A DNA stretch of 64,000 nucleotides from Eledone cirrhosa (GCA_964016885.1 OZ024742.1:286254001-286318000); one strand, 5' to 3'; counted from the first letter of the stretch, positions 14,096 through 27,944 are shown. Notes: generated by a model not told the origin, from the letters alone. Numbers and translations: made by a program.

Positions 14096-14900
14096 ACCCA
14101 CCCTTGATATAACTACAGTAATGATCCATTAAAACAAATCAAAATATAAAATAAAACAAAACTGAAGTGAAATAAAGTTAAGTACAATAAAATAAGAGTT
14201 GAAACTCTTCTTGTGTTTGCCTGGAATGCCGTGGACTCGTCTTTCCATTCCTTAAAAGGATAAGTTACTCTCAGAGAGCTGGCTTTCTTTCTCTAAGATC
14301 AGTTTATATCAGTGGCTCACCAATTGCAGCTCACTCATTGTGTCTGGGGGGGGGGGGGCGTATGTAGGTGTGTTGGTGTGTTGGTGTGTATCTGTCTGTG
14401 TGTGCCTGTGTGTGTGTATGAGTGAGTATGGTTGTGTTTAAATATGATTGTGTGTCTGGGTGTGTATGTCTGTGTGTGTTTACGTCTGTGTGTGTGTATG
14501 TGTGTGTGTGTGTGTGTGTTTGAGCCTGTGCGTGTGTGAGTGAGTATGGTTCTGTTTAAATACGATTGTGTGTCTGGGTATGCCTGTGTGTGTGTGTATG
14601 TGTGTGTGTGTGCATGTGTGTGCCTGTGTGTGTGTGAGTGAGTATGGTTGTGTTTATATATGATAGTGTGTCTGCGTGTGTATGTCTGTATGTGTGTGTG
14701 TGTGTATGTCTGTGTATGTGTGAGTATGGTTGCGTTTATATATGAAAGTGTGTCTATGTAGATGTGGGGGAGTATGTAGGTGTGTTGGTGATATTGGTGT
14801 GTTTCTATCTGTCTGTGTATGTACGTGTGTGTGGTCTGTTTGCATGTTTCAGTATGTATGTGTGTTGGCGTCTCTCTCTCTCTCCTCTCTCTCCCTCTAA

Positions 14901-14990
<90 letters not shown>

Positions 14991-15148
14991 ATGTATATCA
15001 CATACAGAGACTCGCCAATACACATACACAGAGACACACCATCATAAATACATACACGCTAACATACATACAATACATATACACACATATAAGCCAACAT
15101 ACACAGAGAACTGCTATCTTATATAAACACAAACATTTGTGCGTGTTT

Positions 15149-15410
15149 ATATATGACGGTGTGTCTGTGTGTATGTGTGTTGGCGTGTCTCTGTATGTGT
15201 TGGCATATATGATGGTGTGTCTGTGTGTATGTGTGTTGGCGTGTTTCTGTATGTGTTGGCATATATGACGGTGTGTCTGTGTGTATGTGTGTTGGCGTGT
15301 TTCTGTATGTGTTGGCATATATGACGGTGTGTCTGTGTGTATGTGTGTTGGCGTGTCTCTGTATGTGTTGGCATATATGATGGTGTGTCTGTGTGTATGT
15401 GTGTTGGTGT
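15149..15410. repeat. 56-bp tandem repeat, about 4.5 copies, TG-derived
   Basis: atatatga(c/t)ggtgtgtctgtg.. at 15149, 15205, 15261, 15317, 15373. Confidence 0.9.
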
Positions 15411-15471
15411 GTATGGTTATATATATATATATGATGCTGTGCCTGTGTGTATGTGTGTTGGTGTGTATGGT

Positions 15472-15509
<38 letters not shown>

Positions 15510-16216
15510 TGTGTCAGCACGTATGTGTGTTGGCGTGTCTCTGTGTGCATGTATGTGTATATATTTATATGTGATGATGAGTCTGTGTGTATGTCGGCCT
15601 GTATGTGCGTATGTGTAGGTGTTTCTATATGATGACGTGTCTGTGTGCTGTGTATGTGTATTAGCATGTATGTATGTGTGTGTGTGTGTGTGTGTATGTG
15701 TGTATGGATGTGTTTATGTATGCTGGCGGTTCTCTGTGTGTGTCAGCGGCGTGTATATGTGTATATGTATGCGTTTACATATGGTGTCTTTTAGCGAGTT
15801 TATATGTTAGTGAGTGTGTATGTGTGTGTGTATGTTAGTGTGTGTGTGTGAGTGCGTGTGTATGTTAGTGTGTGTGTGTGTGAGAGTGTGTGTATGTTAG
15901 TGTGTGTGTCTGTGTATGTTAGTGTGTGAGTGTGTGTGTCTGTGTATGTTAGTGTGTGAGTGTGTGTGTATGTTAGTGTGTGTGCGTGTATGTTAGTGTG
16001 TATGTGTGTGAGTGCGTGTGTATGTTAGTGTGTGTGTGTATGTTAGTGTGTGAGTGTGTGTGTATGTTAGTGTGTGTGTGTATGTTAGTGTGTGAGTGTG
16101 TATGTTAGTGTGTGTGTGTGTGTATGTTAGTGCATGTTTGTGTGTGAGTGTGTGTGTATTTATATACGCACATTTGAATATCTCCTGACGTGTGCGCAAG
16201 ACTATGTGTGTGTATT

Positions 16217-16705
16217 TGTATACGTACATGTGTATGTGTGTTTGTATATGTACATGTGTATGTGTGTTTGTATACGTACATGTGTATGTGTGTTTGTATA
16301 CGTACATGTGTATGTGTGTTTGTATATGTACATGTGTATGTGTGTTTGTATACGTACATGTGTATGTGTGTTTGTATATGTACATGTGTATGTGTGTTTG
16401 TATATGTACATGTGTATGTGTGTTTGTATACGTACATGTGTATGTGTGTTTGTATACGTACATGTGTATGTATGTTTGTATACGTACATGTGTATGTATG
16501 TTTGTATACGTACATGTGTATGTGTGTTTGTATACGTACATGTGTATGTGTGTTTGTATATGTACATGTGTATGTGTGTTTGTATACGTACATGTGTATG
16601 TGTGTTTGTATATGTACATGTGTATGTGTGTTTGTATATGTACATGTGTATGTGTGTTTGTATATGTACATGTGTATGTGTGTTTGCATATGTACATGTG
16701 TATGT
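16217..16705. repeat. 26-bp tandem repeat, about 19 copies
   Basis: unit tgtata(c/t)gtacatgtgtatgtgtgtt. Confidence 0.95.
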
Positions 16706-17859
16706 TAGCTGGTCTGTCTGTGAGTGTGTTTATGTGTGTTTATACATGTGTATGGTTGTTGGATTATCTGTATGTGTGCGTATGTGTGTGTGTGTATGTT
16801 TATATATGTACACGTGTATGCTGACGTCTATGTCTCTGTATGTGTGAGTTACTATATGTATATGTTTATATATGTTGACATGTGTGTGTGTATATGTATA
16901 GATTTATATATGTACATGTGGGCATGTGTATGTATGTGTTGTTACAAAAGTGTATACTTGTGTGTGTGTGTGTTGTGTGTGTGAATGTTACGTAAAGATG
17001 TGTTTCTTGACTTACATATGTAGCTGTGTGTGTGTGTGTGTGTGTTCCAATGGGTATGTATTGTGTGTGTGAATGTTACGTAAAGCTGTCTTTCTTGACT
17101 TACGTATGTATCTGTGTGTGTATGTGTGCGTGTGTATATATATGTATGTGTGTGTGATCGTTTGTATATGCTGTGTCTATGATCATATGTATTTATGGTG
17201 ACATTCGTGGGTGGGTGAAAGTTGAATGTGTGTGTGCGTGTGTGTGTGTAAATGCTTGAGTATGTTTGCGTTTGTTTCATATGAGTTATTTGTCTGTATA
17301 TACCCACATACACAATTATACCTACACATATACTCACACACTTACACACACACAAACACACACACACACACAGACATACTCATATCTATACATAAATCTA
17401 CACACACACTCACACACCCACATTCACACACATAAATCTACACACACACACACTCTCACACACACAACCACAACCACACACACACACACACGCACACACA
17501 TAGTCATATCTACACATAAATCTACAAACACATACACATATCTACACATAGCCATAAATCTCAGAAGCTATATTGTTATTTTAGATTTAATCCCCACCCA
17601 TGTGTTTCATTCATTGTCACCCACATTGACAGAGTGATGGACAAATGCCTTGCGGTGTTTGCTCCTGAGTTTTGAGGATCTGAGCCTGAGTTCGAATCCC
17701 GCTATGGCTTATTTGGTTGATAATCTTCATCTTGTTACCTGGTTTAACACCACCACTAACTGGCTCCTTCAGTGTCTTTATGAAGGGCGGTGGGGTGTCC
17801 ACTCTTTTGCAATCGTTCCCTTTCTTCTCATTCAGCCATGAAGCCATGAAACCCCGATT

Positions 17860-18135
17860 TTCTTGTCGTGTCCACAACAGTGTCAGCTACAAAGCTTGGC
17901 TAGATGTGGTTCGGCCACAGCTGAAAACATTGCTGTTCTTTCTCATTAAACTTTGTCAAGTCCAATGCTGTGAAGGGGTTTTCCAGCAGGGGGCATATCA
18001 GCAGGTGCTGCATAGTCTGTGGTTCGATGCCGTAGTCACATACAACATCCCCATCCTTTAAATATCCCCATTTTGCAAGATTTACTTTTGCATGTCTAAC
18101 ACCAGATCTTAGTTTTTTAAGGCATTTCAACATTG
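17860..18135 (-). mobile_element. Non-LTR retrotransposon 3' end with CCHC-like motif (Vingi/Ingi- or RTEX-like)
   Basis: LKKLRSGVRHAKVNLAKWGYLKDGDVVCDYGIEPQTMQHLLICP. Confidence 0.65.
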
Positions 18136-18279
18136 TATAGTTTGTATCTGCTTCAAGAGACAGTGCCTTGCTCGCCTAGGTCCATTATTGTTACAGATGA
18201 GAGGTTGTTAAGTTTTTCTTCCCAGCGCGTGACTCTTTTACTAACTGATAAGGAGTAAAATAAATGAATAAATATATAT

Positions 18280-18480
18280 GGAAAGGATCGATCGACTTTC
18301 GTCAAATCGGACTGAGAATACAATGTTTTCGTCGGTCTTTCCAGTTGCTAGTACTATCTACCGGTCGCAACTCCAGGTAAACGGAGCAACGTGAAATAAA
18401 GTGTCTTGCTCAAGGACATAACGCATCTCCCGGTCAAGATTGTGAATCCAATTCTCTAACCACTCAACCACACGCCTTCA
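18280..18480 (-). mobile_element. tRNA-derived SINE, CORE-like family
   Basis: gaaggcgtgtggttgagtggttagag..gtccttgagcaagacactttatttcac; also at 37870-38080(-) and 52228-52500(+). Confidence 0.75.
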
Positions 18481-18510
18481 CACACACAAATATATATATA
18501 TATATATATA

Positions 18511-19033
18511 TATGCTAAAATAGAACATAAGGGTAAATTAGAGAACATAGAAATAAAAATAGAATCTACACACAGAAAAGACGCAATGTTTAGACAAATC
18601 ACAGAGGCAATAAACATAAATGAACTCCAACCAAAATTAAATAGAAAACATGAGTGGAACAGCAACATCACAACTTACAATTAAGGACAAAATGAAAACA
18701 CACACACACATAGAACAAACAACCAACCAGTAACATGTAAATAAACAAATAAATAAACGAATATAAACACACACAGACACCCAGATGTAACACATGCGCA
18801 AACTAAGCACACAACACACACACAAAAACAAGATGGCGTAGGACAGAACAAAGGAGAGGCACAAAAACAAAGAAAAGAATCCCCAGTCACTGAAGAGGTC
18901 ACAGAATGTGTGACGAAAGAACTTTGACAATATATAAACAATCATCTGGTTGTGGAACCAACCAACCAACCAAGTGAAAGCAACTGGTGCGTGTGTTTCT
19001 TATTGGCAACATGACCCTCCCAAAGTATAACAA
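18511..19033 (+). mobile_element. PLE 3' end: GIY-YIG C-terminus, 3' UTR and HHR, between (TA)n tracts
   Basis: YAKIEHKGKLENIEIKIESTHRKDAMFRQITEAININELQPKLNRKHEW; ends gaccctcccaaagtataacaa(TA)n. Confidence 0.75.
18886..18928 (+). ncRNA. Minimal type I hammerhead ribozyme
   Basis: gtca CTGAAGA g gtcaca gaatg tgtgac GAAA gaac TT tgac. Confidence 0.85.
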
Positions 19034-19308
19034 TATATATATATATACATATAAATAAGATGTACGTGACCACCCACCCCACGACACTTCAGCCCTTCAC
19101 ACAACTGCAATCGTTACATAAAGCAACTTTATTGATTTCAATGAGCAATTTAAAGCTATCACAGACTTGGTTTATCTGTTGCTAATTTCTGAGTTCTTGG
19201 TGCTAAACTACATTACCAACTTTTCTATTGATTTCTTTCCATTTGGTATAATGCCAGCTTTTAGTAGTAGAACTATAGTCTATAGCCGTCTGAATCATCA
19301 CCTTAATA

Positions 19309-19388
19309 CAGGGTGTCCCCTCAAAACTGTATACACACTTCAACAGCATTCTAATAAAAGTGTGTATACTTATTTTTAGTCACCCTAT
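19309..19388. mobile_element. Tc1/mariner-type MITE (~80 bp)
   Basis: TA|cagggtgtcccc..tatacacactt..aagtgtgtata..gtcaccctat|A; related copy at 59957-60054. Confidence 0.65.
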
Positions 19389-19429
19389 ATATATATGTAA
19401 AAAGTAAACAGAAATAACAACACAATCGG

Positions 19430-19482
<53 letters not shown>

Positions 19483-19484
19483 TA

Positions 19485-19551
<67 letters not shown>

Positions 19552-20170
19552 CGGATCCTCCGTCAGTTTCTACGATGAACATTTAGTTGTTTCATCAACT
19601 TAAAGTCCAACACGTTAAATTAATGTATAAATAGCTGTAGTCTTAATGTCACTATCAAGCCGACATAATATGTGATTAAAGTTTCTATATACTTCAGGTT
19701 TAAGTCGGACTGAAATATTGTAAAAATCACATGCCCAAAATGTCACGCCACCCAGAGAGAGATCAAACCCATGATCTCATGATTATTAAGTGAACTTTGT
19801 AACCACGAACTTTGTAACCACTGAGCCATGCCTATTAAAGTCTGTTCTAAGCCGGTGCTTATCTTTGGTTTCCTTGGCGTTAAGCGACTGAGAGTACAAG
19901 GTTCTCCCTGGAGATTTGAACATTTAGTGACGTAGATAACTTGAAAGCATATAAATAAAATGGAACTCCACCAGCTGCGACGAAGATGGTTCAATTTGTT
20001 CAATGACGAGGCTAAACGTTCCATAGATATGAGTATAACAGAAATAAACACACGCACACGCACACACACTCTCACACCGCCAAGACAATGTACACACACA
20101 CATACACTCATACACATATTTATGTTATCTTTAACACTAAATAATATATATATATATATACATATATGTG

Positions 20171-20202
<32 letters not shown>

Positions 20203-20275
20203 GTAATAATAATAAATTTGAAGACTAAAATCTAAAGAGGGCTTGATAAGGATAAATATATATCAAACATATAAG

Positions 20276-20730
20276 AACCACATCATCCTCCGTATTCCCA
20301 ATCTTTGCTCCCAAATACAGGAAGTCCTCAACCAATTCCAGCGGCTTCCCGCCTACATTAGTGATCCCCTCTGGCTTCTCAACATTCTCTACCAGATATT
20401 TTGTTTTAGTCTCATTCATTCTCAGCCCCACACTCATCGACACAGTCTCAACCTCCCGCATCAAATCCTCTGCCTCCTTCACTGTATTTGTCACCAAAAC
20501 TATGTCGTCGGCAAATTCAGCATCCGATACCTTTTTCGCCCCAACTCTCCTGCTCTGAGCCGGTGCTACACTAGAAGAGGAAGACCAAGGTTAACATATG
20601 TTGATGCCCTAAGGACAGACACTGGTCTGTTGGAGATGCAGGATATGGCAGCGATAATGAGGGACAGAGACCGCTGGAGAGAACTCGTCCATGGATCTCG
20701 GGAATTTTACCCGCCTTAGATAGATAGATA
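20276..20730. mobile_element. RTE LINE with 5' inversion: RT segment (-, 20276-20567) joined to the 3' end (+, 20568-20730)
   Basis: SRRVGAKKVSDAEFADDIVLV..GLRMNETKTKY..VEDFLYLG on minus; RRGRPRLTY..YPP* plus (GATA)n on plus. Confidence 0.85.
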
Positions 20731-20747
20731 TAAGAACCGTAGAGCAA

Positions 20748-21840
20748 ATATTTATTAAAATAACAGATTAAAGTTTAAGCAAAGAATCGCTGCTTTCACC
20801 CTTAACGGGAAACTAACAAAGTCAATCTGTGAACGCAGAAGTGAATATTTCAAAAAAGGTTGCAACCGGAGGAAGACAGGAAGACGATACTTTGGTTCCT
20901 GGAAACGTTCCCTGGCAAAGAACGGGAAAAAACGAATATAATACGCCATTATTTGGAGCGGTGAAAAACAATTACACGCAAAGACAGAACCACGTTTATG
21001 GTATAAAAGAAGTCGTAGACTAATATTCTATTAGGTGGTTTATAGAGACGTTCTCTGGCAATGAACGGAAAAACGAAGATAATACGTCATATGTGGAGCG
21101 TGGGGAACAATTGCACGCAAACACAAAACCACGTAAATGGTATAACTGAAGTCGTAGACTAAAATTCTAATTAGGAAACCGAATGCTTCTCCGCTTCAGA
21201 GTTAAGAATAAAGTAAATAAAATACAAGGTAATTGAAATTAAATAAATACATACATGCATCCATATACGTACATACACAAGCATACGCGAAAACACTCGC
21301 CATAGGTATACAAATACACGCATGTACACAACCCCCCCCCCCAAAAAAAAACCGCACGCCCATACAGAACCCACGCAGCGCCTGTACCCGCACGCATACG
21401 AATGTATACACCAAATACACATAAAAATATATATAAAAATATATATATGTGTGTGTGTGTGTGCGTGTATACATATAATTAAATAAACGTATATAAATAA
21501 ATAAATACGTATATAATAAATAAATAGTTCATTGCCTGAGAACGTCTCTATGAACCACCTAAGAGAACATTAGTCTACGACTTCTTTTATACCATAAACG
21601 TGGTTTTGTCTTTGCGTGTAATTGTTTTTCACCGCTCCAAATAATGACGTATTATAATCGTTTTTTCCCGTTCTTTGCCAAGGAACGTTTCCAGGAACCA
21701 AAGTATCGTCTTCCTGTCTTCCTCCGGTTGCAACGTTTTTTGAAATATTCACTTCTGCGTTCACAGATTGACTTTGTTAGTTTCAGAAGATCCCGTTAAG
21801 GGTGAAAGCAACGATTCTTTGCTTAAACTTTAATCTGTTA

Positions 21841-21847
<7 letters not shown>
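20748..21847. mobile_element. Inverted pair of PLE-type pLTR arms (20748-21050 / 21535-21847)
   Basis: near-identical inverted ~300-bp arms; HHR in the right arm; family copies at 9921-9986 and 36985-37116. Confidence 0.75.
21779..21829 (+). ncRNA. Hammerhead ribozyme with CAGAAGA core (U4A); second copy at 37045-37095
   Basis: agttt CAGAAGA t ccc gttaa ggg t GAAA gca acgattctt tgc TT aaact. Confidence 0.65.
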
Positions 21848-21890
<43 letters not shown>

Positions 21891-21895
<5 letters not shown>

Positions 21896-22015
21896 CTTCA
21901 TAGGTGCCTTTTAATCTTATAGCCTGGTCTAATTGATTTTTTGTGTGGTTAATTATGCTAATTGGGAGAGGAAATGGTGTATATATATTATCAAATGATT
22001 CTATGGACATACTTT

Positions 22016-22085
<70 letters not shown>

Positions 22086-22210
22086 AAAGTATGTCCATAG
22101 AATCATTTGATAATATATATACACCATTTCCTCTCCCAATTAGCATAATTAACCACACAAAAAATCAATTAGACCAGGCTATAAGAATAAAGGCTCCTAT
22201 GAAGAAATAT
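21891..22210. repeat. ~130-bp inverted repeat flanking (TA)30
   Basis: 21891-22020 versus 22081-22210; diverged family copy near 48000-48210. Confidence 0.9.
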
Positions 22211-22699
22211 TTGATAAATAACCGAAAGCAGCCTCTTCGCCGTTGACCACAATAGAGTATTTACCCAACATTTCAACAGCATGTAGAAACTGACCAAATA
22301 TAGCGTCAACCATACACAAATACATATATATATGTGGGGGGGTATATATATATATATATATGGCGGCTCGCCTTACCGAGGTGTCGGGTGATGTCCGTGA
22401 GGGTACCTGGTTGTTTCCACGTCTTAGCCTCACCATCACCCGCGGTAATGCTGCGGTCGTGTTGGCTTGCCTCAATAATTCCCGATGACCTTTGTGGTGT
22501 GTATGTAACCTATTGGCGCACTTGGGGATGAATTGATGGTTGTTTATGTTTATGTCCCCCCCCCCTTTTTTTTCTCTCGCTTTGATCGTATATTTTGTTG
22601 CGTTGTAGTTGTGAGGTTCCTAGCAATAGTTAAGTGTATTTATTGTTTGTGTTTATATTTTCATTCTGAAAAAATTGTAATGTTATTTTTATAACTGTG

Positions 22700-22780
<81 letters not shown>

Positions 22781-22968
22781 TAGATATAGATATATATATA
22801 TAGAAGTGGTTACACAACAGTTAGTTCACCATACCGAGAACAATTGTTTCACCTTCGCGGATCTTCAGCTCGGGATGTGTATGTTTATAGGAACAGGAAG
22901 GACAACCGTACGAACGCGCATGCGCAGAAACTCGGTCACTTCACACAGGCAATACTAGACTGCGTGCG

Positions 22969-23718
22969 TTGGCTAACAGCGGCTTCTCACAACCTATCAC
23001 CTACTCTCCCACTAGCAACAACACCATTAAGAAAAGTAAGCGCATCAATAGACAAACTATCTGGTTCTCTCCTCCCTTCTCACTCAACGTTAAAACCAAT
23101 GCAGGAAAAAAATGTCTAGCCCTCTTAGATAGACACTTCCCCATAGGTCATAAATACCGCTCCATCTTTAACCGACACAAAGTTAAACTAGGATACTCCT
23201 GCGCTAAGAAAATGAAGGCCCGCATCACCAGCAGCCCTAGGAGCAACACCCCACCAGAGTGCTCTTGCCGTAAGCCTGAAGCTTGCCCCCTTCAACAGCA
23301 ATGCAACACACCAGCTGTAATCTATGAAGCTGTGGTCACTTCTAACCGACCAAACGAACCACAGGAGGTCAAATCCTATGTGGGCAAGGCGGAGGGCCGA
23401 TTCAAGGAGTATTTCCTGAACCACCAGTCTACCTTCAGGTACCCGGGAAGACGTTCATCCACGAAACTCGCGAGCCACGTATGGTCCCTCAAGGACTCAA
23501 GTATAGGCTACTCCATTCAATGGAAAGCCATCACTCAGTCCAAGCCATACGCAAGGGGAAATCCGACGTGTGGCTTATGTATCGACGAACGAATAACTAT
23601 CCTAAAGAGATTACGCAATAGTGATTGCCTAAACACAGGAGTGAATTTTTCACACGTTGTCCACACGTCACCAAACATCTATTGCATAACTACAAGGCTC
23701 CGGACTGATTCTTTTTAA
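22969..23718 (+). pseudogene. Naiad-type PLE thumb/linker + GIY-YIG endonuclease fragment
   Basis: IWFSPPFS..HKYRSIFNRHKVKLGYSC..CSCRKPEACPLQQQC..VIYEAVV..YVGKAEGRFK..CGLCIDE. Confidence 0.9.
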
Positions 23719-23870
23719 TTTTATTTTCAACCTAAAAACTTTCCGGACTTTCGCAGTTATCTCCCTTACACCTCCCGCACGCAGTCTAGTATTACCTGTG
23801 AAGTGACCGAGTTTCTGCGCATGCGCGTTTGTACGCTTGTCCTTCCTGTTCCTATAAACATACACATCCA

Positions 23871-23906
23871 GAGCTGAAGATCCGCGAAGGTGAAACAATT
23901 GTTCTC
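23871..23906 (+). ncRNA. Minimal type I hammerhead ribozyme (inverted copy at 22834-22873)
   Basis: gag CTGAAGA t cc gcgaa gg t GAAA caattg TT ctc; palindromic helix III ACAATTGT. Confidence 0.85.
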
Positions 23907-24237
23907 GGTATGGTGAACTAACTGTTGTGTAACCACTTCTACCTAACTCGTCCCTTGGACTGAGTGCTCTACCACTACGGATATTACCTTCCAGTGTTCC
24001 ACCACTATATATATATATACGTGTGTATAATGGTAGCTATGGTGCTTCCATAGGCGGTATGCCAAAATTTGCTGTGAGAAAATTTGCTCCGAACGAATTG
24101 CCTGTGTCCGAAGGAACCTGCAGCCGTAGAATCATCCAGATCCATACAATGATCATGTCTCGAGCTACCTGCCGGCGAAACAATTGTAACACGCAATAAA
24201 CTGAGTCCAGATGCATCACTGATTTTTCGTTTTTTTA

Positions 24238-24297
<60 letters not shown>

Positions 24298-24464
24298 ATA
24301 ATAATAAATATGAAAACTAAAATCCAAAGAGGGCTCGATAAGGATAAATATATATTAAATATATAACCATAGAGCAAATATCTAATAATTAATTATTATT
24401 TTTTATATTAATGTTCATGATAAATAATACATAAATTATATATATATATATATATCCAAAGTAT

Positions 24465-24504
<40 letters not shown>

Positions 24505-24548
24505 AAGTTAAATAAAAGTCAAATGATTAAAATTTAGCTTCGTTTATT

Positions 24549-24603
24549 ACTGCTATATATATTTCAGTGACAGCCATCTTTGGCTGTGACCTCTTCAGGC
24601 AGT
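24549..24603 (-). ncRNA. Minimal type I hammerhead ribozyme (degenerate copy at 37244-37299)
   Basis: actgc CTGAAGA ggtcacagcca aaga tggctgtcact GAAA tatata TA gcagt. Confidence 0.85.
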
Positions 24604-25084
24604 TTGAATTAGTATGGTATAGACAAGTACATATGTTGTTTAGGTGTATAATATTGTCAATACTCTGATATGCCCCAAATCTCTATATATATATATATAT
24701 ATAATTCATGTATTATCTATAATGAACATTAATATAAAAAATAATAATTAATAATTTTTTCGAGAAGGTCTCAAATTTCATATAGTTTAGCACTTCATCG
24801 AAGTAAAAGTACGACCCTGGGGACCAAGAACACCACAATCCCCCAACAGTGGAAAGGATATGGATATTGATAGCTCGCTTATTTCAGTTCTTTCTTTTTT
24901 TTTTTTTTTTTTTTTGCAAGTAGTGTTGAATACAAGGTAAGCTCATTTTTTTTAAACAAGCGTTACGAATGGCTATTTTATTTTACCAAGATATTCATAC
25001 AAAATCAAAACAACCCTTTAAAGAGAACAGATCAGAAAGCATGGCCTGGATGGCGCAGGCTTCCCTTCCCAGGTCGAGGCAGCA

Positions 25085-25460
25085 GGGTTGGACCGAGGGA
25101 CGGCAAAAGGCCAGGCAGCATGATAATCTTCCCGTTCCACAAGGGTAGGCACCTCATCATGAAACCTGCTCTAGTGGCAACCTGGTGCGTTTGGCACTCA
25201 ACCCAGGCTCTGCTGCCCGCCAAGCCGAAGAGGGTAAACTGTCCAAGTATTGGCCGCTCTCAGATAGGTTTGTAGTAAAGCCTGTAGCAATGGAGACTTC
25301 CGGCGTTCTTGACCCTCGGACCACACCCCTAATCACAGCTATCGGAGTGGAGTTGGTCGCACGAAGGTGTGAGCCCCGCAAGGTAGAGTGGCTGTTCCAG
25401 CGCGTCTCCCTCGCCGTCCTCAGGGGCTAAAGGTATTCTCCATCCTGTCAGCGGGGACCC
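25085..25460 (+). pseudogene. CRE-like non-LTR retrotransposon restriction-like endonuclease fragment
   Basis: DGKRPGSMIIFPF..AARQAEEGKLSKY..FVVKPVAMETSGVL..WLFQRVSLAVLRG. Confidence 0.8.
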
Positions 25461-25819
25461 CGAGGTGGAGGATATTCGTTCGGACGTCACTATCTCTCTA
25501 TTTCTTTAAAGAGAACAAAAAAGAAAAGAAGGAAATGAGAAGAAGAAAAGGAAGAAAAAGAAAAAAAATGAATCAAGCAATGAAAGAAAGGGAGAGGGGA
25601 GGGACAGACACCACACCTCAGTTTGAGTGGACTTTCAGTTAAACCTGGCGGACTAAATAGCAAAAGGATTACGTTAGAGAATGGCCAGAGGCACCCACTG
25701 TTTATCAACCTAATTCTATATCAACATTCCCTAACCTACAAACACACTGTTCTACTGTTCTACTATCACACTATTCTCTAACACTACTAATTCTCTACTA
25801 AAGTACTTTGGTATCGCAG

Positions 25820-26100
25820 CGACGGCGACGGCTGGGAATTCCGGGGGCGGCAGTTAGGGAGGTTCTGGGTGGCGGCTGGGGAATCTGGGGCGGCTGGAGA
25901 TAAGCCCGTGGCGTTGGAGGCTGGGGAGTCCAGGACAGCGGCGACGGCGACTGGGGAGTCAGGGGTGGTTGGAGAGTCCGGGGTGGCAGATGGGGAGTCC
26001 GTACAAGCGGTTGGAAGGTCTGGGACAGCGGGGACTGGGGTGTCCGGGGGTAGCGGCTGGGGTGTCCGGAGGCGGCGGCTGGAGTGTCCGAGGGCGGCGG
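25820..26100. repeat. GC-rich degenerate minisatellite (ggcggctggggagtcc-like)
   Basis: recurrent ggctggggagtcc / ggggagtc units. Confidence 0.7.
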
Positions 26101-26481
26101 AAAAATAAAGAGTCTTTAGTCATTTCTTCTACTCAACTTTAAAAGAAAAAGGAATGTAGTTGACAGATAATTCAATGACATTCCAAACATCTCTCTCTCC
26201 CTCCCACACACTCTCTCCTTCTCCCCCCCCCCCCCACTCTCTCCCTCTCTCTCTTCGACTCCTTTCCTTTTCACCACTACATGTATTACCTCTCTCTCTC
26301 TCCCTCTCTCTCTCGCCTTCTCGTTTCCCCCCTCTCTCTCTCTCTCTCTCTCCTTCTCGCCCCCCCCCCCCCCGGCTCATTTCTTTTTCTCAACAATTTA
26401 CTAATTATTTTCCCTCTATTTCATATATTTACTTCCTCATTTACTCACTATCTATCTATCTATCCCACTCTATCTATCTAC

Positions 26482-26571
<90 letters not shown>

Positions 26572-26918
26572 ATATCTATATATATCAATCTTTCTCCCTG
26601 CCCTATTTAACATTATCCACTCACCTTCTTTATCTCTCCCTCTCTTTAGCCCCCTTCTTTCTCCCTCTCTCTCTTTCTACCTCCACTATTCTCATCTGCT
26701 CATATTTCGTATTTCCTCACACCTCCCCTCTTTTTCCCTCCCTACCACCTATCCTCAATCACTTACGCTCTCTTTCTTCTTTCTATTTTCCGGCTTATCT
26801 CCTTCTCTTCTCTCTCATCTTGTCTCTCTCTTATCACTTATCTATTATCCTCTCTTCCTCTATTTTTATCTCTCTCTCTATATATATATATATATTTCTT
26901 ATTCCCCCCCCCCTCCTA

Positions 26919-26950
<32 letters not shown>

Positions 26951-27045
26951 AAGCGTAAACCTAATACCAACACTGTCGTACTGCACTCCTTGTTTTTGTT
27001 TTGTTCCTTGCCTATATATATATATATATATAATATATAGAAATA

Positions 27046-27095
27046 GCTTCTACAGGACTAGAACTGTTTCATTCGGAAGAAATCATCAGGAAAGC
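27046..27095 (-). ncRNA. Hammerhead ribozyme (second copy at 37749-37800)
   Basis: gctttc CTGATGA t ttc ttcc gaa t GAAA cag ttctagtc ctg TA gaagc. Confidence 0.7.
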
Positions 27096-27201
27096 CAATG
27101 GTGATTTCTTCCGAATGAAACAGTTCTAGTCCTGTAGAAGGCATCTCTATATCAAATATTTATACTCTGCTAGTAAGGTACCTCCGATTGAACCCGAGAT
27201 A

Positions 27202-27234
<33 letters not shown>

Positions 27235-27358
27235 CGAAGGAAGAATGGTAAAGAACAACGTGTACCATAACGCACCAGAGTACTCAATACCTAGGGTAGT
27301 AGAGTGGGTATAGCCGTCGAAACAGCTTGAGCTTTGCCGTCGGGGTCTTGAACATTTT

Positions 27359-27406
<48 letters not shown>

Positions 27407-27903
27407 AAAATGTTCAAGACCCCGACGGCAAAGCTATATATATATATATTTTCTTCTCTGCCTCTATTTTTATCTCTCTCTCTTTCTCTCTCTCTCTGTT
27501 ATCCTCCTTCCCCCTCCTCCCACTCTGTTATCCCCCCCCCCTCTGTATATATATATATATATATCTTCTCTATCTCTCCCCCTCTCTCATTCCTTCTTTA
27601 CACCACCAACTCCATATCATTCTATTTTTGTTTTCCACTCCGTTATACAAACTTTCCCATGCTTCTCCTGATAAGTATCTGTCTTTTTCCATTCACTCCC
27701 CCCTCCCACCTCTCTCTCTAAACATCTCACACTATATTGTTTCTATTTCTATTTTCCTTCCATCCTACTTGCTTTCCCATGCTTATGTATGTGTAATACA
27801 CTCCTCTCTCTCTCTCTCTCTCTCTAATCATCTCTCTAATCATCTCTCTTTCTCTCTCTCTCTGTCTAATCATCAATCTCTCTCTCTCTCTCTCTCTATT
27901 CAT

Positions 27904-27944
<41 letters not shown>

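Larger units (their letters stand above)
22802..24005 (+). mobile_element. 5'-truncated Naiad-type PLE with inverted 5' pLTR and 3' pLTR, inserted in (TA)n
   Basis: inverted arms 22802-22966 / 23778-23942; HHRs at 22834-22873(-) and 23871-23906(+). Confidence 0.9.

Noticed and set aside
22191-22234. HHR-like aggct-cctatgaag..gaaa-gc-agcct (also near 48060-48105)
   Set aside because: The core lacks G5, and there is no proper helix II or NUH site
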